From assembly GCA_964252035.1 (NCBI GenBank), contig OZ176200.1: a DNA stretch of 64,000 bases; one strand, 5' to 3'. The notes below the pieces were generated by a model that saw only the letters and a list, made by a program, of their open reading frames with translations, was not told the origin of the DNA and did not search any database. The stretch comes from Podarcis erhardii (taxonomy: Eukaryota). Positions 58,586 through 64,000 of the stretch are shown here, piece by piece; the first letter of the stretch is position 1; every line of letters starts with the position of its first letter. The position numbers and the translations under genes are program-made.

Positions 58586-60904
58586 ATCAAGTAAGCCCAT
58601 TCTCTTCAATACCCTATCATCATTCCTTTGTGGATCCTATGTGCACTTGTTTGAGAAGTAAGGGATTGCAGCCCCTATTAACTTAATGGGGCTTTGCTCC
58701 CACACAGGAGGGTCAAGCTGCATGTGTATTGTGTAGGAGGGATAATTTTACTTATCCGAAAGACTCCTGGACTGTGACTTCTGAATAACTGTTCAATCCT
58801 GCAGGATTCTCAGGAGAAGAGAGAAGCAAAGTGCCAGGTGAATAAAATTCAAATACATTGTTCAGAAACAATTCAATTGCTATAAATTGACACTTATTCT
58901 GGCTCTTCTGTTAAGAGATGCACATGTAATTTAGCATATTTACGACCCTATAATATTGCCACTTTTAAAGGCATCACAAAGGCTCTATTTAGAACAAAAA
59001 TGTAGAAATTTTTAAGAGAATGTCTGTGTACACAGCATACATTTAAAGCACATGACTCCTCCCAAAGAATCCTGGGAACTGTAGTTTGTTAAAGGTTCGT
59101 GGAAATGTAGTTCTGCCAGAGGAAACTTTGGATCACTCCTTGATTCCAGAGAAAGCCATTATTATCTACGCCAGTTACATTGTTTTTACTATTCCTATTA
59201 TTATTTTATTTATGACACTCCATCCACCCTACAGTCTGAGGGGGTGTTAAAAACAGTTTAAACTTACTATTATAAAAAATGCAATCGTAAAAACTAATAA
59301 AAAGTAACAAAAGCTCATACAATTGCTTATGTTATATTTAGATTTCCAATCTTTCTGCATTATAAATATTAGAGGCCATTTTCTTTAAAAAAAAGGGGGG
59401 GGAGATGCTTGATTCAAGAAGGTGTACACCATCCAAATATTGACTTATACTTTCTTCTGCTATCAACTTAGATACACTGATTATTATTTTTTTACTTTAG
59501 CTTTTTAGTTTTTTTGAGCTGCTTCGTTATAGGTATCTATTTTTTCACTAGGGATCAGTCAGGAGTTTAATTCAGTCACCGTTTGTGATCCTGACACTAC
59601 TTGCATCAGTTCCTGAGCTTGCCCTTAATCCATATGAAGATTTCTGTTGCCCATCATGCCAGGTGCCCAGAAAGGAAATTACTTGTCGCCACTTGTTTGT
59701 TCGGGGATAAACTTTGCTAGCAATAATGCATGGGCTTTGTGCTAGCACACTAAACACATGACTTTGTCCCTTTCACTGCAGGCAGCAGAGGATGTGGTAG
59801 AAGTAGCTCTCATCAGTCTAGGAGCCAGCTATGAGGATTTTGTAAGGATGTTTGCAGACATGGGAGCAATTTGCAACAGGATTGTTTGTCTCGCCAAGGC
59901 TGCTGCTACTTGAGTGTAAATCCCCCTGAACAATGAGTTCCTGCTGAGTAAACAGGCACAGGATTGTTCTATAAATTGTAAAGCGGCAGACAAACCTAAA
60001 ATAGGTAGCCCTGATTAGAATGACAGAACTGAGAAAGACCTAAGGTCATTGCCAGTCCACACTCTCAAAACTGTCTCTGTGCTGTCTTCAGCAGGCAGCG
60101 CCTTCCTCAGTGCCAAACACTGAACACAAAGGACCTGAATATAAAACAAATGCCATTGGCCAGCCTACCCAAGGAGAAAATATTCTTGGCACTGAACCAC
60201 AAATGCACCACACTTATTTCCAGTTGTGGAAACCTAACACCCTAGAATAGAGATAACAGGTTATTCCACCCCCCACCCCCCACCCCCGAGAGCCACAGTC
60301 ACTCTTGGCCAATCATCTCGCGGCCTCATGCTGCAGAGGGGCAAGCCACTCCTCTCTCCCACATGCAACCACACTCCTCACCACCCCAGATAGGATCCAT
60401 ATAAGAAGGTCTGAAAACAAAAGATGTGTTCATAAGACTTTTAAAAATAAAAAAACAAAGGTTCACTGCACGTAGCACTTGACAGAATCCAGCCAACTTT
60501 AGAGTCAGTATTCTACAATTCCAGAAAGACTTCTAGAGTCTAGCAGCGTCTGTGGGAGGGGGATACTGCAAAATGCTAAAAGAACATGAAAATCATCCCA
60601 CTGGTCAAAATGAAGATGATTCGAAACAAATTATTGCTTATAAACACATATATGAAACTCTTGCCTTGAAAGCAATGAGAATCCTTGTTTCTCACATCTG
60701 TTCTAGGGAGCCAGCCCCAGAATGTTGTGCAATATCCTCTTGTATGAGCTTCAGCCCTTGCAAGGAAGACACTTTCACATAAGTCAAGCCAGCCATGCAT
60801 TTGAGCATAGCAGGAACCAAAGCAAGATGGCATCCAAAGTACTCTGGGCTTGACCTGTACAGGGTGTCCCAATGCTCATTGTGCTTCCCGCTTCTCTCCA
60901 TCAG

Positions 60905-61255
60905 GAGAACTGCACGAATGAAGAGATCCTCAACAGCCTGAAGTATGTGCGGCCTGGGTCCGGATTCGAACCCAACTTTACCCTTTGCCAGAAATGCGAG
61001 GTGAACGGCATGAACACCCACTCCGTCTTTGCCTACTTGAAGGACAAACTTCCTTACCCAGATGACAACCCTTCCTGTTTCATGATGGAACCCAAGTTCA
61101 TCATTTGGAGCCCGGTGCACCGCCATGACATCTCCTGGAACTTTGAGAAGTTCCTGGTGGGGCCCGAAGGCGAGCCTTTCAAGCGCTACAGCCCCCGATT
61201 CCTCACCACCAACATCGAGCCCGACATCCAGCGCCTCCTGAAGCTTGCCAAATAA
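60905..61255 (+). CDS. GPX2: Glutathione peroxidase 2, exon 2 (351 bp incl. TAA)
   Basis: atcAG. Translates [18 protein letters not shown]...[22 protein letters not shown]...RLLKLAK*. Total 190 aa, with the catalytic tetrad U/Q/W/N. Confidence 0.97.
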   Translation, partial: ENCTNEEILNSLKYVRPGSGFEPNFTLCQKCEVNGMNTHSVFAYLKDKLPYPDDNPSCFMMEPKFIIWSPVHRHDISWNFEKFLVGPEGEPFKRYSPRFLTTNIEPDIQRLLKLAK

Positions 61256-61673
61256 GAGGAGAACAAGCATCCCCAAGATTATTCCAGTGGAGACTGGTCC
61301 ATTAGGGCAACCTCTGCCTGCCCTCACCTTATTTCTTACAAACGCCCTGGGAGGTGGCTTCCTCCTCTTCCTTCTCCGTTTTGCTCTTGTAGAACTCAGA
61401 AGGAAGGAGGCAAAACTAGAGTTAGTGGGCTCTGTTTGTCATTGGACCTGGCCCCACTTACTGGCCCCAATGGGCACCAGCCACCACTGGATTATTCTAA
61501 GTGTCTTGATGTAGCAAAGCAGGTCATAAGAATGGCTTGACGTTCACTGCGCTGTGATCATGGGTGTCTCCTCCCTGCCCACCTGTAGAAAAAAACCCAC
61601 GCCCCAACTCCCTCACCTTCTTTCTGAGTGTATCAGGTGCTTCCTCCTAGCTCCTGACAGAGCCAACATCAGA

Positions 61674-61734
61674 CTTTTACTGAGTGACGGTGCCCTCCTA
61701 AAGCTCAACGGAGGGGGCCCGAAAGGTGTAAAGG
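61674..61734 (+). promoter_or_regulatory. SECIS element (GUGA-type core) in the GPX2 3' UTR
   Basis: Helix I cuuuuac/guaaagg (7 bp); core UGAC/CGAA with tandem G.A pairs; helix II ggugcccucc/ggagggggcc (9 of 10 paired); apical loop uAAAgcucaac. Confidence 0.9.
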
Positions 61735-61784
61735 TGCTGATTCCCTGGCCCTTGCTTGCTGGGCACTCCTTGTTTCATGAGTCC

Positions 61785-61790
61785 AATAAA
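61785..61790 (+). terminator. GPX2 polyadenylation signal AATAAA
   Basis: AATAAA 51 bp downstream of the SECIS. Confidence 0.75.
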
Positions 61791-62353
61791 TGAGTTGACG
61801 AATCCCCCCTTGTTTTCTTATCACACACCTTTAAAATGGTTGCTTTTGCTTCCTAGGCTGAAAAAGCCAAAAACCTCGTCTGTTTCCCATTTCTGGCCTT
61901 TGATGTCCTTTTTATTCCCATTTCCCATAAATCGTGGCATTAAACAAAGCAGTATGTGTACAAGACCAGGCCGAATCACCGGGGGCCATTTATTAGCTTA
62001 ATATTTCTGTCCTTCCACATCCCCCAAAGGCGCCAACCATTCAACAAGGCTTGAAAAATGACCCTAAACTCTGCTAGGTAAAAGCATTCCCTGCTACAAT
62101 TCATTCCCCCCGTGAAAGTATAGACTTAACAAATATGACTTGCAGTATTCTATCAGGCCCCTTTGTCTTAAGATATTGGGACTATACCTAGTTAGAAAAT
62201 TTACATGCTGTCCCAGCTCCATGCAGTAAGTATTAAAATGCCCAGCTTTGTTAACACGTATTGCTAGTGCAGCGCAAATAAATTGGGCTTTACTAAGCAA
62301 AGTAAATCATAATACCAGTTGCTGGAAACCGCAGGAGAGGAGAGTACTCTGGT

Positions 62354-62447
62354 GCTCAGCTCCTGTTTACGGGCTTTCCATAAGCATCTGGTTGGCACTG
62401 TGAGATCAGAAGGCTAGACTCGATCCAGAAAGCTCTTCTTATGTTCT
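62354..62447 (+). mobile_element. Interspersed repeat 3' fragment (family of 30565-30672)
   Basis: catctggttggcactgtgag...gatccagaaagctcttcttatgttct. Confidence 0.5.
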
Positions 62448-64000
62448 GATGCTCAATGCAAGTGGAAGAAGCTCTTCCTAATCCAGAGAAAAATCAGGCA
62501 ATTAAGATTCTAATTTTGTGGAATCTACCACCTCCACTTCTGATTATATCGCTTTTAGCGGCACCAAACCTCCTGCTTCTGCTTTTGTCTTGCCAGCTGA
62601 ACTCAGGTGAGCCATTTATGTCTCTATTTTTCTTTATATGCTTTTCCTGCTCACATCCAACTCATTGGAACCTGCTCTACTCTTTACCATACTCTTATGC
62701 ACATCTCAGGAAACATCCAGAAGCCTCTTCTATCTCATTAAAGAATTTATATCATAGTTTACTCTTTGTTTAACCTAGGGCAAATAAAATGCAAAATGCC
62801 CCAATCTGGGATTTAGGTTTGAGGGGCATGCACCTGGCACCCACTGCAGAAAAGCTGACCTGGTCTCATGAATTCTGCAGGCGGATGAAATGTCTGCAGT
62901 TCTGTTTATCATTCCTCCTCCACCACCACCACCACCCGCTTTCATCTGACAGTGGCAGACTGCAGCACTCCCCGTCGCTGGCACTCTGTCCAACCAGCCA
63001 GGGAGAGCTGGCCACAAAGGTAAAGCAGAATTGTGGGGTGCCAAATGACTCCAAAAACTGTCAAGGTGAATGAGAGGGCACAAAGCAGGTGCAAAAGGAG
63101 ACGCCCGAGTTAGGAAATGGTAAACCTGAGTATGTCTTGACAAAATGCCTTTTGCTTAAGGAAAGGCTAGTCTGATGTATGCCAGAGCTGCACAGGAGAT
63201 TTAATTGCTGAGATTCATTATGATCATTTTAAATGATAAGCCCTGCTTCCCTGCACCTGGCCTTGCCACATCACAAACTACAATCCCAGTCTCTATATGC
63301 ATGCCCCGCTTATTCAATAAACTTCTCTTAAAGATCATGGGGAGCCTAATGCAGCTCCAGCGGCTGTCCTTTCACCCTCACGAAGAGACACATTAGCAAA
63401 GTTTTGACTAGAGAGAGCATAAGGAACGATAGAACAAATTAGAGGTGCCCCCCCCCCGGTCACGATACAGCTTTCTGCAGGTATCTTAATATGCTGTATG
63501 GAACAAGGCCAGCTTTTGCAAACTGGGTCAGCTGTACAATGCGACGTGACTTCCATTCAAAGCAAGGCCTGCTCTTAACGGGAGTCACATTGCCAGATGG
63601 ATGAAGAGGGAGATTCAACGCTCGCCATGTTCTGCCACTGCTCACCTGTATGACCCTGGGAGAGTCTACGCTCTTCAGGTATTGTAGAACCATAAAAAGC
63701 AATAATAAAAGCATGCTGTGGACCACAAAGAAAGGATGGGCGTTTTGCACATCAACACAGCCCCTGTTATTTGCAGGGTCGTTATTTCCAATGCATCCCT
63801 TACGCTGTTAATTGAATGAGGTGGCTGCTGTAGTTTTCTTCATGCACTTCAGAATATCAAGGCCTGTTTACTGTATTTACAGCACCGTATTTCATGGCAA
63901 GTCCTTCAGCAGGAATGAGGAGACTGGGACCAGCCGCTACCACATTTTTGACTGGCTGCAATACAAAGACTTTCCCCTGAAGTGCTTAAAGTGCAAGAGG

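Noticed and set aside
60692-61327. 211-aa antisense ORF over GPX2 exon 2
   Set aside because: A mirror frame of GC3-rich codons with no independent evidence.
61800-64000. CHURC1 last exon expected from human synteny
   Set aside because: No EYTMLCLLCG-like translation was seen on the minus strand; it is presumably beyond the window.

Overview
Vertebrate genomic DNA, very probably a squamate (lacertid-like) lizard, inferred from Sauria-type SINEs with (ACCTTT)n tails. I reconstructed three protein-coding genes exon by exon; all junctions are GT-AG and frames are continuous. (1) FNTB, farnesyltransferase beta, minus strand: exons 1-11 span 19787 to 1958 and give 387 codons; the last exon was not found and presumably lies left of the window. 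(2) RAB15, plus strand: 7 exons at 28894-44397, 212 aa, ending in the CWC prenylation motif; divergent from FNTB, and each gene has its own CpG island. (3) GPX2, plus strand: 2 exons at 58125-61255, 190 aa, with an in-frame Sec TGA at 58242 and a SECIS at 61674-61734 whose core is GUGA rather than AUGA. The order matches the human FNTB/RAB15/GPX2 block as I recall it. The rest is rich in transposable elements: many TA-TSD and 8-bp-TSD MITEs (one nested and hairpin-rich), SINEs, LINE remnants and a 2.7-kb nested cluster. There is also a young 3.2-kb 5'-truncated L1 (17-bp TSD, uninterrupted RT ORF) whose first 35 bp appear inverted, the signature of twin priming. No prokaryotic-type systems such as CRISPR are present, and I found no wholly new biological system. 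The strongest novelties are the L1 5' inversion, the GUGA SECIS and unusual GPX2 substitutions.
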